Positions 31,077 to 40,619 of a stretch of 64,000 bases of DNA are shown here, one piece after another. The stretch comes from Aestuariivirga sp. (lineage in GTDB: Bacteria; Pseudomonadota; Alphaproteobacteria; Rhizobiales; Aestuariivirgaceae): assembly GCA_043778995.1 (NCBI GenBank), contig JAYWFC010000052.1:6914-70913 (forward strand), written 5' to 3'. A model generated the notes under the pieces. It did not search any database, was not told where the DNA came from, and saw only the letters and a list, made by a program, of their open reading frames with translations. Position numbers and translations under genes: made by a program. The number at the start of each line of letters is the position of its first letter. Position 1 is the first letter of the stretch.

Positions 31077-32329
31077 GGTTTCTGGGCGTTAAGAAATTCA
31101 ACAATCATGGGAGCAATATCCCGGCGATATTTAGAGCCCGAGAAAACCCCATAATGGCCAACGCCCATTTGCAAATGTTGCTTCTTCATGTTCTCAGGGA
31201 TTGAAACGCAGATATCATGGGCGGCTTCGGTTTGGCCAACGCCAGAAATATCATCGCGCTCACCCTCAATGGTCAACAACGCTGTTTTGGTAATTTTAGC
31301 AGGATCAATCAAATCACCGCGATGGCGATAAGTGCCTGCAGGGAGATCATGATAAATGAACACCCGCTCAACGGTTTGAAGATAGAACTCAGCGGTTAAA
31401 TCCATCACCGCCATATATTCATCATAGAACTGGTTGTGCTTGTCCACATCACCATCTTCGCCATCAACCAGATCTTGATAAAGCGTGCGGTGCGCCTTCA
31501 AATGGCGTTCCATGTTCATCGACAAAAATCCGCCAAGCTGCATAAAGCCCGGATAAACTTCACGCTCCACACCATGGTGTGGCCCCGCAACTTTCATCGT
31601 GGCAGTTTGTTTGAACCAATCGATTGATTTTGATTCAGCCATTTTGTTAACGCCTGTCGGATTTATCCGCGTATCAACTGGCCCGCCCATCAACACCATG
31701 CTCAAAGGTACCAAAGCGTCTTCTCTGTCGGCCATTAAAGCGCTTGCCACAAGAACCGGAACCGAGGGTTGGCACACAGCCATAACATGGGCCCGTTCGC
31801 CAAAATGATGCAGAATGGAAATAATTGCATCGGTATAGTCATCAAGATCGAACGACCCGGCAGACACTGGAATATCACGCGCATCCTGCCAGTCAGTTAC
31901 ATAACAATCAAAATGCGGCAACATTGATTTTACGGTGTCGCGCAGCAGCGTTGCATAATGGCCTGACATGGGGGCCACCAACAAAAGTTTAGGCAAATGT
32001 TTTGCGAACCCAACTTTGCTAAAGTGAATGACATGACAAAATGGGTTTTGCCAAACGATGTCTTCTTTGATGGCAAATTCTTTTTTGCCAATTTGAGTTT
32101 TCAAAATACCAAATTCAGGCTTGTCAAAGCGCCGTGTTGCCCGTTCAAACATTGTCAGGCCAGCTGTTGCTTGCCGCGCAAAGCTCGTATCGCGCATGGG
32201 GTTTGATGTGTTTTGCCAGAACAACAGACCAATATCTGCAAGAAGGCGCATGGGCTGGAGAGCGGCGTGGTTCATTTCAAACAGTGGATAGAGAAACGAA
32301 ACGGGAGCAGGAGTTGAATTCATTTTCAA
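31073..32329 (-). CDS. phaZ: Intracellular polyhydroxyalkanoate (PHB) depolymerase
   Basis: N-terminal LFEMNHAALQPMR and LLVAPMSGHYATLLRDTV, typical of the PhaZ family. 418 aa. Confidence 0.85.
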   Translation of the reverse strand: MKMNSTPAPVSFLYPLFEMNHAALQPMRLLADIGLLFWQNTSNPMRDTSFARQATAGLTMFERATRRFDKPEFGILKTQIGKKEFAIKEDIVWQNPFCHVIHFSKVGFAKHLPKLLLVAPMSGHYATLLRDTVKSMLPHFDCYVTDWQDARDIPVSAGSFDLDDYTDAIISILHHFGERAHVMAVCQPSVPVLVASALMADREDALVPLSMVLMGGPVDTRINPTGVNKMAESKSIDWFKQTATMKVAGPHHGVEREVYPGFMQLGGFLSMNMERHLKAHRTLYQDLVDGEDGDVDKHNQFYDEYMAVMDLTAEFYLQTVERVFIYHDLPAGTYRHRGDLIDPAKITKTALLTIEGERDDISGVGQTEAAHDICVSIPENMKKQHLQMGVGHYGVFSGSKYRRDIAPMIVEFLNAQKP

Positions 32330-32937
32330 GTCTTTAGCACCTTTTTTAGATCATCTGCCAATGCTTTCGCATCAGTTGTATAATTGAAATGTTTAATAAA
32401 AGCCCCATCTGGACCCAAAATATAGATGATGGACGTGTGGTCCATCTCATAATCACTAGGGGTTTTCTCGTTCGGGATCTTCTTATAGTAAGCATGATAA
32501 GCCCGGGCAATTTCCGCAATCTGCTCGGGCGTTCCCGTAAGGCCTTGTAAACGCGGGTCAAACGCCTTGACATAGTCTGCCATAACATTGGTTGTATCGC
32601 GTTCTGGGTCAATCGATACGAAGATTGGCACAATCTGATCAGCTTGCGAACCAAGTTGCTGCATGGCGGCTGTCATCACTTGAAGCTCAGTGGGGCACAC
32701 ATCTTGGCAATGACTAAAGCCAAAAAACACCATCATAAACTTGCCCGAATAGGTTTTTTCAGTAACGGCCTCGCCTTTTTGATTGGTCAAACGAAATGGG
32801 CCGCCCACAAGGGCTGTGCCGCTTGAAACCACGCCATGATCCATGCGCTGATTGGTCAACGCGAAATAGCCAGCGGCAAGTGCCAAAATAATGGCCAGTA
32901 CAAATCCTGCCAAACGCCGCGATTTTTGCATTCTCAA
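32326..32937 (-). CDS. SCO1/SenC-family copper chaperone
   Basis: N-terminal TM anchor and thioredoxin-fold CxxxC (HCQDVCP). Divergent from regB, as in the senC-regA/regB loci. Confidence 0.88.
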   Translation of the reverse strand: MRMQKSRRLAGFVLAIILALAAGYFALTNQRMDHGVVSSGTALVGGPFRLTNQKGEAVTEKTYSGKFMMVFFGFSHCQDVCPTELQVMTAAMQQLGSQADQIVPIFVSIDPERDTTNVMADYVKAFDPRLQGLTGTPEQIAEIARAYHAYYKKIPNEKTPSDYEMDHTSIIYILGPDGAFIKHFNYTTDAKALADDLKKVLKT

Positions 32938-32950
32938 TCTGCCTCATCTA

Positions 32951-34315
32951 ATGTTTCGTATGTTAAGCGTAGAAAAAATGACAGACATCACACAAATTGC
33001 CGCAGCACCTGAACTGGGTCTTCTCCGCCTTCGCACCTTGGTGCGATTGCGCTGGCTTGCGGTTATCGGCCAAGCCGCTGCGGTCTTAGGTGTTGAGTTC
33101 TATTTGGGCTTCAAACTTCCTTTAAGTGCGTGTCTCGGCCTTATTGCGCTTTCTGCGTGGCTGAATGTATTTTTGAATTTGCGTTGGCGCGGCAGTCAAA
33201 GATTGTCTGCCCAATCTGCAGGGCTTCTGTTGTGCTATGATGTGTTGCAACTAGCGGGTCTTCTATATCTCACCGGTGGATTGCAGAATCCCTTTTCGTT
33301 GTTGTTCTTGGTGCCCGTCACAGTGTCTGCAACGTCTCTTCCCATTTTGTGGACAGCCTCATTGGGTGCAATTGGTTTGGCCTGTACGTCCTTCCTTTCG
33401 TTTTATCATAAGCCTTTGCCTTGGCCCGACAGTGTGGAATTGACCATTCCACCCATTTATGTTTTCGGCATGTGGGTGGCCATTGTTTCAGCCACAGTTT
33501 TTTCAGCCATTTACGCGCGCCGGATTGCCGAAGAAGCGCGCGTCATGTCATCTGCTTTGCAGGCCACCGAATTGGTTTTGGCGCGTGAGCAAAGACTATC
33601 AGCTTTAGATGGATTAGCTGCCGCCGCCGCCCACGAACTGGGCACGCCGTTGGCTACAATCGCGCTTGTGGCCAAAGAATTGAAGCGAGAATTGCCGAAA
33701 AATTTTGAACATAACGACGATATAGATTTGTTGATCAGCCAAGCTGCCAGATGTCGCGAAATTTTAACAAGGCTTGCCGTGCCTGAACAATTGTCTGACG
33801 ATTTATATTTTCAAGTAGGGCTGGAGGCCATGCTGGAAGATATGGTGGCCCCACTGCGAGGGTCTGACGTGGCCATAAATGTCGATGCCAAATCCAACGA
33901 TCCTAAAAAGCCCGAGACCGCCCCAACATTCAGACGCAACCCCGCAATCACCTATGGCCTTGGCAATATCCTTGAAAACGCAATCGACTTTGCAAAGTCT
34001 AAAGTGGATGTGAAAGCCCGCTGGTCAGCGTCTCAGGTTCAAGTTTCAGTGACAGATGATGGGCCGGGTTTTGACCAGGCAATATTTGATCAATTGGGCG
34101 ACCCGTTTGTGACCACAAGGCCAGGATATGGCGAAGCTGAACCAGGTGAGCCTGGCCAACATGAGGGCATGGGGCTTGGGTTATTTATCGCCAAAACCTT
34201 GCTTGAACGCTCAGGCGCCAGCGTCACTTTGTCAAACCGCAAGGCGCCGGGGCATGGAGCAGTCATCCAGATCAGCTGGCCGCGCGTAAGTGTGGATGTG
34301 GCCAAAAGAGCTTGA
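32951..34315 (+). CDS. regB: Redox-sensing histidine kinase RegB (ActS/PrrB)
   Basis: Multi-TM N-terminus with the quinone-site heptapeptide GGLQNPF, H-box AAAAHELGTPLATI, a conserved Cys in AARCREIL, and G-box GMGLGLFIAKTLLERSGA. The start is ambiguous (32951, 32960 or 32978). Confidence 0.88.
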   Translation: MFRMLSVEKMTDITQIAAAPELGLLRLRTLVRLRWLAVIGQAAAVLGVEFYLGFKLPLSACLGLIALSAWLNVFLNLRWRGSQRLSAQSAGLLLCYDVLQLAGLLYLTGGLQNPFSLLFLVPVTVSATSLPILWTASLGAIGLACTSFLSFYHKPLPWPDSVELTIPPIYVFGMWVAIVSATVFSAIYARRIAEEARVMSSALQATELVLAREQRLSALDGLAAAAAHELGTPLATIALVAKELKRELPKNFEHNDDIDLLISQAARCREILTRLAVPEQLSDDLYFQVGLEAMLEDMVAPLRGSDVAINVDAKSNDPKKPETAPTFRRNPAITYGLGNILENAIDFAKSKVDVKARWSASQVQVSVTDDGPGFDQAIFDQLGDPFVTTRPGYGEAEPGEPGQHEGMGLGLFIAKTLLERSGASVTLSNRKAPGHGAVIQISWPRVSVDVAKRA

Positions 34316-34343
34316 CCTCTGCTATAAGCCACGACAAGAGAAA

Positions 34344-34880
34344 ATGATGAACACCATACCCAAGACACTATTGCTGGTCGATGACGATAAACCCTTTCTC
34401 ACAAGGCTTGGTAAGGCCATGGAAACGCGCGGTTTTGTTGTGCGCTTGGCCGATACTGTGGCCGAAGGCATTGCCGAAGTTAAAAGGGAAGCGCCCCTGT
34501 ATGCGGTGGTGGATTTGCGATTGACCGACGGTAACGGCCTTGATGTGATTGAAGTGTTGCACGCCGCAAAGCCAGAAGCCCGCGTTGTTGTGTTAACAGG
34601 CTATGGCAACATCGCCACGGCTGTAACAGCTGTAAAAATGGGTGCCATTGATTATTTGGCAAAACCCGCTGATGCCGATGCGGTCTATGGTGCACTGACC
34701 GGCGATAAAGAACATCGCAATGCTTTGCCGGATAATCCAATGTCGGCAGACCGTGTGCGCTGGGAGCATATTCAGCGCGTCTTTGAACTATGCAGTCGCA
34801 ATGTGTCTGAAACCGCAAGACGCTTGAACATGCATCGCCGCACCTTGCAAAGAATTTTAGCCAAACGCGCGCCGAAATAA
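34344..34880 (+). CDS. regA: Redox response regulator RegA (ActR/PrrA)
   Basis: Receiver LLLVDDDKPF ... VVDLRLTDGNG, and the invariant RegA HTH NVSETARRLNMHRRTLQRILAKR. Confidence 0.92.
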   Translation: MMNTIPKTLLLVDDDKPFLTRLGKAMETRGFVVRLADTVAEGIAEVKREAPLYAVVDLRLTDGNGLDVIEVLHAAKPEARVVVLTGYGNIATAVTAVKMGAIDYLAKPADADAVYGALTGDKEHRNALPDNPMSADRVRWEHIQRVFELCSRNVSETARRLNMHRRTLQRILAKRAPK

Positions 34881-34884
34881 AACG

Positions 34885-35400
34885 TTACAGCGTTTTATAA
34901 AAAAACATCGTGTCATCAAGCTTGCCATCGCCAGAATAGGCATAGCCCGGAATAACACCCACGGGCACATAGCCCATTGTGCGGTAAAAGCCTTCGGCCC
35001 CACCACCGGCCACCGCATCAAACGTGATAAGTTTCAAACCGATGTCGACTGCATATTTTTCTAAGGCCAACATCAAGGCTGATGCAACGCCTTGCCGACG
35101 ATAATCAGAATGCACCAGAAGTTTTGCAACATCAGCCCGGTGGGGTTGATTGGGTGCCCAAGATTTTTGCAACATCACCGTGCCGGTAATTGTAGATGAT
35201 CGATCCAAGCACACAAAAATAAAGGTCTGGTACAAAGCAACGTCGCCTATCTGTATGCGCCAATAGTTATGGGCATCATTGCGCGAGAGGGGATGCATGA
35301 AACTCACCCCAGCGCCGTGGGCTACGGCATCCACCAAAATTTCAGAAAGCCGCTCAAGTGCCTGTTCAGCTTCTGAGGGGCTCAAAAGCTTCACATGCAT
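34885..35400 (-). CDS. GNAT-family N-acetyltransferase
   Basis: Acetyl-CoA motif YRRQGVASALM. 1-nt overlap with the gpmA stop. Confidence 0.8.
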   Translation of the reverse strand: MHVKLLSPSEAEQALERLSEILVDAVAHGAGVSFMHPLSRNDAHNYWRIQIGDVALYQTFIFVCLDRSSTITGTVMLQKSWAPNQPHRADVAKLLVHSDYRRQGVASALMLALEKYAVDIGLKLITFDAVAGGGAEGFYRTMGYVPVGVIPGYAYSGDGKLDDTMFFYKTL

Positions 35401-36017
35401 CAGGCCAAAACATCCATCGAGGCCGGTGTGGAATTGGCGTTCAACTTATAAACAATGGGAACACCCGTTTCGAGTTCGCGCTTTAAAATTTGTTCTGGTG
35501 TTAGCCCTTCAATGGCCATGATGAGCGAACGCAAAGAATTGCCATGCGCTGCAACCAAAACAGTTTTGCCTTCCAGAACACGAGGTTGAATCTTGTGCAT
35601 GTAATAAGGCAAAGACCGCGCCAAAGTGTCTTTCAAAGACTCGCCCCCCGGAGGCGGCACATCATAGGAACGCCGCCAAACCAGCACCTGTTCTTCGCCC
35701 CATTTCTTGCGGGCATCGTCTTTATTAAGGCCTGTCAATTCGCCATAGTCACGCTCGTTCAAAGCTTGATCGCGGGTTTCTGAAAGACCGGTTTGTTGAA
35801 GCTCATTTAAGATCAAAGCCAAAGTGTGCTGCGCGCGCGTGAGTGCAGACGTAAAGCACAGATCAAACTTCAACCCCTTGGCTTTTAAACGCTGGCCCGC
35901 GGCCTTGGCTTCTTCAACGCCCTTGGGTGAAAGATCAGGGTCTTTCCAACCGGTGAATAGGTTTTTTAAATTCCAATCACTTTGCCCGTGACGCACTAAA
36001 ACTAAAGTTCCGCTCAT
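35400..36017 (-). CDS. gpmA: 2,3-bisphosphoglycerate-dependent phosphoglycerate mutase
   Basis: [12 protein letters not shown] catalytic His motif. Confidence 0.95.
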   Translation of the reverse strand: MSGTLVLVRHGQSDWNLKNLFTGWKDPDLSPKGVEEAKAAGQRLKAKGLKFDLCFTSALTRAQHTLALILNELQQTGLSETRDQALNERDYGELTGLNKDDARKKWGEEQVLVWRRSYDVPPPGGESLKDTLARSLPYYMHKIQPRVLEGKTVLVAAHGNSLRSLIMAIEGLTPEQILKRELETGVPIVYKLNANSTPASMDVLA

Positions 36018-36820
36018 TATGAAATCCCCAACACGTCAAACATTGAATAAAATCCAGGTTTCTGATTCTGCGCCCAGATGGCGGCCTTCACAGCACCGCG
36101 TGCAAAAAGCTCACGCGATTCTGCAACATGGCGAAGTTCCAACCTCTCGCCATTGCCAGCAAAAATCACTGTATGATCACCAACCACAGATCCGCCACGC
36201 AAGGTGGCAAATCCAATATCGCCAACGTTGCGTGCCCCCGTATGGCCATCACGCGTGCGCACTGATTTCTGTTTGAGATCAATATCACGGCCCTCCGCCG
36301 CAGCTTTTCCCAAAAGCAGCGCTGTGCCAGAGGGCGCATCAATCTTCATGCGGTGGTGCATTTCCAATATTTCAATGTCAAACTCTTGGCCCAGTGCCGC
36401 TGCAGCGCGTTTGACCAATGCTGCAAGCATGTTGACGCCAAGCGAGAAATTGCCCGTCTTCACAATGGTTGCTGAGTGTGCGGCAGCGGCAATGCTAGCG
36501 TCACCCGCCGCATCAATGCCTGTGGTGCCGATCACATGAATTTTGCCTGTCGTAAATTTCAGCAAAGAAAGCGTTGCCGCAGGAACAGTAAAATCAATGA
36601 TGCCATCAACCTGTGAAACGACGGTGGCGGCATCAGCGCTGATCGCAACACCAAGTTTTCCAACACCAATCAATTCGCCATAGTCCGCGCTTAAGTGTGG
36701 CGAATTGGGGGCTTCAAGCCCGCCCGCCAAAACGCAACCCGGCGTTTCGTGCACAATCTTGGCCAACTCGCGCCCCATGCGTCCGGCAGCCCCAGCAATT
36801 GCAAGTTTCAGTGTCATCAC
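36017..36820 (-). CDS. dapB: 4-hydroxy-tetrahydrodipicolinate reductase
   Basis: NAD motif [12 protein letters not shown] and [15 protein letters not shown]. Confidence 0.93.
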   Translation of the reverse strand: MMTLKLAIAGAAGRMGRELAKIVHETPGCVLAGGLEAPNSPHLSADYGELIGVGKLGVAISADAATVVSQVDGIIDFTVPAATLSLLKFTTGKIHVIGTTGIDAAGDASIAAAAHSATIVKTGNFSLGVNMLAALVKRAAAALGQEFDIEILEMHHRMKIDAPSGTALLLGKAAAEGRDIDLKQKSVRTRDGHTGARNVGDIGFATLRGGSVVGDHTVIFAGNGERLELRHVAESRELFARGAVKAAIWAQNQKPGFYSMFDVLGIS

Positions 36821-36909
36821 GGGCTCTATAAACCTTAGATCGCCATCATAACAAGCCTCAATTCGCCTGCTCTTTTCAACCCGCCCAAAACCCTCTAATC
36901 ACCACGGGC

Positions 36910-37995
36910 ATGTCACACAATACATTTGGTCATTTGTTTCGCGTCACCACCTTTGGCGAAAGCCATGGGCATTCCATTGGTGCAGTTGTGGATGGTTGCC
37001 CACCCAACCTGTCCATTTCAGTTGAAGCCATTCAAGGCTTTCTGGATAAGCGCAAACCTGGTCAAAATCGGTTCACCACGCAGCGGCGCGAGGCTGATGC
37101 CGTTAAAATTCTTTCAGGCGTTTTTGAAGATGAGCGCACCCAAGGACTGCGCACCACGGGAACACCCATCGCCTTGCTGATTGAAAACACCGATCAACGT
37201 TCAAAAGACTATGGTGAAATAAGAGACTCGTTCAGACCGGGCCATGCTGATTTAACCTATGACGCCAAATATGGCATCAGAGATTATCGCGGCGGCGGCC
37301 GGTCATCAGCCCGCGAAACGGCGTGCCGTGTTGCCGCCGGTGCAATCGCGCGTCTGGTCATTCCACATGTTTCCATTCGCGGTTCTCTGGTGCAAATGGG
37401 CCCCCATAAAATTGATCGCAGCAATTGGGATAACAATGAGATTGAGAACAATCCATTTTTCTGTGCGGATGCAAAAGCTGCCAAAGAATGGGAAGTGTAT
37501 TTAGATGGCGTCAGAAAAAGCGGCTCATCTTGCGGCGCTGTCATTGAGGTTGTGGCTTCAGGTGTTCCAGCAGGTTGGGGCTCTCCACTTTACGGCAAGC
37601 TTGATGCTGAGTTGGCATCAGCCATGATGAGCATCAATGCTGTCAAAGGTGTGGAAATTGGTGAAGGCTTTGCCAGTGCTTCATTGAGTGGCGAAGAAAA
37701 CGCTGACGAAATTCGCATGAAAGATGGAAAACCAGATTTTCAATCCAATCATGCAGGTGGAATTTTGGGCGGCATTTCATCGGGGCAAGATGTTGTCGTT
37801 CGCTTTGCGGTAAAACCCACATCGTCAATTTTAAACCCGCGAAAAACCATAACGTCTCAAGGTGAAAATACAGATATCGTCACCAAAGGCCGGCATGATC
37901 CATGTGTGGGAATTCGTGCAGTGCCTGTGGGCGAGGCGATGATGGCCATTGTGTTGGCTGATCAATATCTCAGACACCGCGGCCAAATGGGCTAA
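36910..37995 (+). CDS. aroC: Chorismate synthase
   Basis: [12 protein letters not shown]-terminus and [10 protein letters not shown] motif. Confidence 0.96.
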   Translation: MSHNTFGHLFRVTTFGESHGHSIGAVVDGCPPNLSISVEAIQGFLDKRKPGQNRFTTQRREADAVKILSGVFEDERTQGLRTTGTPIALLIENTDQRSKDYGEIRDSFRPGHADLTYDAKYGIRDYRGGGRSSARETACRVAAGAIARLVIPHVSIRGSLVQMGPHKIDRSNWDNNEIENNPFFCADAKAAKEWEVYLDGVRKSGSSCGAVIEVVASGVPAGWGSPLYGKLDAELASAMMSINAVKGVEIGEGFASASLSGEENADEIRMKDGKPDFQSNHAGGILGGISSGQDVVVRFAVKPTSSILNPRKTITSQGENTDIVTKGRHDPCVGIRAVPVGEAMMAIVLADQYLRHRGQMG

Positions 37996-38801
37996 ACCAA
38001 TCGAGCCGCCTTCACCCACCATTGGGGAAATTTCAGCGCCAAGTGCGCCGCCGCATTTTCTGCCACGGCAAAACTTGTCGCTTCGGCAAAACACGTGGCA
38101 CCAGAACCAGACATGCGAACGGGGCCAATATATTGGTTTTCCAATGCGTGCAAAACATCTTGAATTATGGGCTGCACACGCAAGGCGGCCTCTGTCATGT
38201 CGTTGCGCCAAACTGCGTCATTCAACGGGCAATTCTGGCCAGGCATCAAATTCATTTGACGAAAAACATCAAGTGTTGAACAACCAACACGTGGGTTCAC
38301 CAAAACCAGCGCTTCAGGCAATTTTTCCGTCAGTACACTGATGGATTCACCAATGCCTGTCATGCGGCACGCTTTGCTGTAAAAACAAACCGGAACATCT
38401 GCGCCCAAAGTTCGGGCAAATTGCACGATGTATTCTTCCGGCAAAGTTTTATCAACCAGCCGCAATAGGCCCCGCACCATGGCCGCAGCATCAGCAGAAC
38501 CTCCACCAATGCCTGAAGCCACAGGCAAGTTTTTGGTAAGCCCCACCGTTACAAACGGCAATGAATAGTGCCCAGAGAGCAAGCGCCAGGCATTCCAGAT
38601 TATATTATCGTCGCCCAAAGGCACATCTTCAGCAAAAGCCCCATCAACCTGCAAACTGTTGCGATGGCTTTCTGAAATTAAAAGCTCGTCGCCCACATCG
38701 GCAAAAGCCACGATGGAATCAAGATCGTGATAGCCATCCAACCGACGACCCAAAACATGCAGCGCCAAATTAATCTTCGCTGGTGCCTTTTCGAAGATCA
38801 C
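37992..38801 (-). CDS. ispE: 4-diphosphocytidyl-2-C-methyl-D-erythritol kinase
   Basis: [20 protein letters not shown] and GHMP motif [15 protein letters not shown]. Confidence 0.92.
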   Translation of the reverse strand: MIFEKAPAKINLALHVLGRRLDGYHDLDSIVAFADVGDELLISESHRNSLQVDGAFAEDVPLGDDNIIWNAWRLLSGHYSLPFVTVGLTKNLPVASGIGGGSADAAAMVRGLLRLVDKTLPEEYIVQFARTLGADVPVCFYSKACRMTGIGESISVLTEKLPEALVLVNPRVGCSTLDVFRQMNLMPGQNCPLNDAVWRNDMTEAALRVQPIIQDVLHALENQYIGPVRMSGSGATCFAEATSFAVAENAAAHLALKFPQWWVKAARLV

Positions 38802-38806
38802 AAAGC

Positions 38807-40492
38807 CTAACCTTTTTTGGGAACAACCGCAGATTCGTCAACCAGACCACTTTTAATTTTGCCTTCAATGCGGGCTAAATCATCTTTGTCAGGATGGTTG
38901 GCGCGGGCATGGTTCCATTGAAACTGCGCTTCAAGCTTGCGGCCCGCGCGCCAATAGGCATCACCCAAATGTTCAGAAATAATGGGGTCTGCAGGGTTCA
39001 AATCAACAGCGCGTTCACAATAATTCACCGCCTGCTCATAATCACGAAGCGTGTAATAGGCCCAGCCCAAGCTGTCGACGATGAAACCGTCATTGGGCTT
39101 CAGGTCAACTGCTTTCTTTATCATGGTCATGGCCTCGTCCAAATGCACCCCACGATCAATCATCGAATAGCCCAGATAATTCAAAACCGCAGGATCATCC
39201 TTTGAAAGTGCCAAGGCTTTACGAAAATCAGTCTCAGCCTTGTCAAATTCTTTGGCCCGATCAAAGGCAATGCCGCGATCATAATAAAGCTTCCAAGCGT
39301 TGGGATCGTCTGGTGAAAGCAATTGCAATGCTTGCGTGAAGGCATCTTCAGCTTTTGGAAAATCTTCTGTGGCGCGGTAAATGCTACCAAGGGTTACCAA
39401 GGCATCATAGTTTTTGGGATCTTGTTCCAAAACTGCTTTCAGTTTTGCAACTGCTTCCGAATTTTTTCCATCGCGCTGCAAATTCACCGCAATTTGCGTA
39501 TCGGCATAATTGCGCAAAACAGAGTCTTTTGGAATTTGATCATAGGTTTTGTTTGATGCCTCATAGTCTTTCAAATCAGCTTGGGCACCGCCAACCGTGG
39601 TCAGAATAACCGGCTTGTCAGCGCTTAGACCAACAGCGAGCTGTGAATACATCAAAGCGCTGTCGCTGTTTTGATCGCCATTCAAAGCCCCGGCCAGCGA
39701 GAATAAAACTTCGCCCGCACCTGCGGCCGCAGAACCAACAAAGGGTAATGGCTTTGTGGTGCCGGCGGCTTTGTCCAACGCATTGCGCACTAAAATATCA
39801 CGTTGCCCATCAGCCAAATAAGATTGGTAAATTTTAATAGCTTGGTCTTTATGGCCGTTGCGTTCTAAAAAGTTTCCATAAGCCTGCACAATGCGCAAAC
39901 TGTTGGGGGCAAGATCATAAGCTTTTTTATAGGCGGGTTCAGCGCGCATGCTTGAGCCCAAAAAGTCTGCAATCAGAGCAGAATGAAATGCTTTGTAATT
40001 GGCAAATGCTTCTTGGCCATCCAATTTATCAAGTTCATGCAAGGCGGCATTGACTGAGCCTTCGCCTGCATAAGACCAAGCAGAGAGCAATGCCGAAGTG
40101 AGTTCTCCCAAAGGGGTATAGGCCGCTTCATTAAAATTATCTCTGGCCTCTGGGTAACGCCTTGCGTGAAATTCTTTCAAGCCCAAAACCAGCCGCGCCA
40201 TGCGGTGTTGGCTGTTGGCTTTGATCACTTGGGCGGCCAAGGGTTCAGCCTTGGCAATATCACCGGCCATCACTTGGGCCTGAAACAAACGCTCGTTCAA
40301 AACAACATTGTTTTGGTCATAGGAAAGCGCATCACGAGTATATTGAATAGTGGCTCCAATATCGTGCAATTGCGAAGCGCTGCGCGAGGCCAGATAACCG
40401 CCAGCAAAAGACGACTCCCGCGGTGTTTCAGCCCGCGCTGTTGTTGCCAAAGCCAAAACCAAAACCAAAAAAGAGACGTTGCGTAAAACCAT
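38807..40492 (-). CDS. Secreted tetratricopeptide-repeat (TPR) protein
   Basis: Signal peptide MVLRNVSFLVLVLALATTARA from ATG 40492, followed by multiple TPR-like repeats. Conserved next to ispE. Confidence 0.75.
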   Translation of the reverse strand: MVLRNVSFLVLVLALATTARAETPRESSFAGGYLASRSASQLHDIGATIQYTRDALSYDQNNVVLNERLFQAQVMAGDIAKAEPLAAQVIKANSQHRMARLVLGLKEFHARRYPEARDNFNEAAYTPLGELTSALLSAWSYAGEGSVNAALHELDKLDGQEAFANYKAFHSALIADFLGSSMRAEPAYKKAYDLAPNSLRIVQAYGNFLERNGHKDQAIKIYQSYLADGQRDILVRNALDKAAGTTKPLPFVGSAAAGAGEVLFSLAGALNGDQNSDSALMYSQLAVGLSADKPVILTTVGGAQADLKDYEASNKTYDQIPKDSVLRNYADTQIAVNLQRDGKNSEAVAKLKAVLEQDPKNYDALVTLGSIYRATEDFPKAEDAFTQALQLLSPDDPNAWKLYYDRGIAFDRAKEFDKAETDFRKALALSKDDPAVLNYLGYSMIDRGVHLDEAMTMIKKAVDLKPNDGFIVDSLGWAYYTLRDYEQAVNYCERAVDLNPADPIISEHLGDAYWRAGRKLEAQFQWNHARANHPDKDDLARIEGKIKSGLVDESAVVPKKG

Positions 40493-40563
40493 GGTGATCC
40501 GATCTTCATTGCGATGATGATTCATATGCCAAAGTTTGCGGCTTTTGTAGGTTCGCTGCAAGT

Positions 40564-40596
40564 AAAAAGGACGAGAGGTTTTATCCTCTCGTCCTT
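40564..40596 (-). terminator. Rho-independent terminator of the TadG-like gene
   Basis: On the minus strand: AAGGACGAGAGG-ATAAAA-CCTCTCGTCCTT followed by TTTAC. Perfect 12-bp stem plus a T-run, 24 nt after the stop at 40620. Confidence 0.75.
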
Positions 40597-40619
40597 CTTC
40601 AGATCAGGCCCGCCGCCTG

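Noticed and set aside
40453-40470. (CCAAAA)x3 hexamer repeat
   Set aside because: It lies within the signal-peptide coding region of the TPR protein, where it encodes the LVLVLA stretch. Any slippage would be in-frame, and three copies are too few to argue for phase variation.
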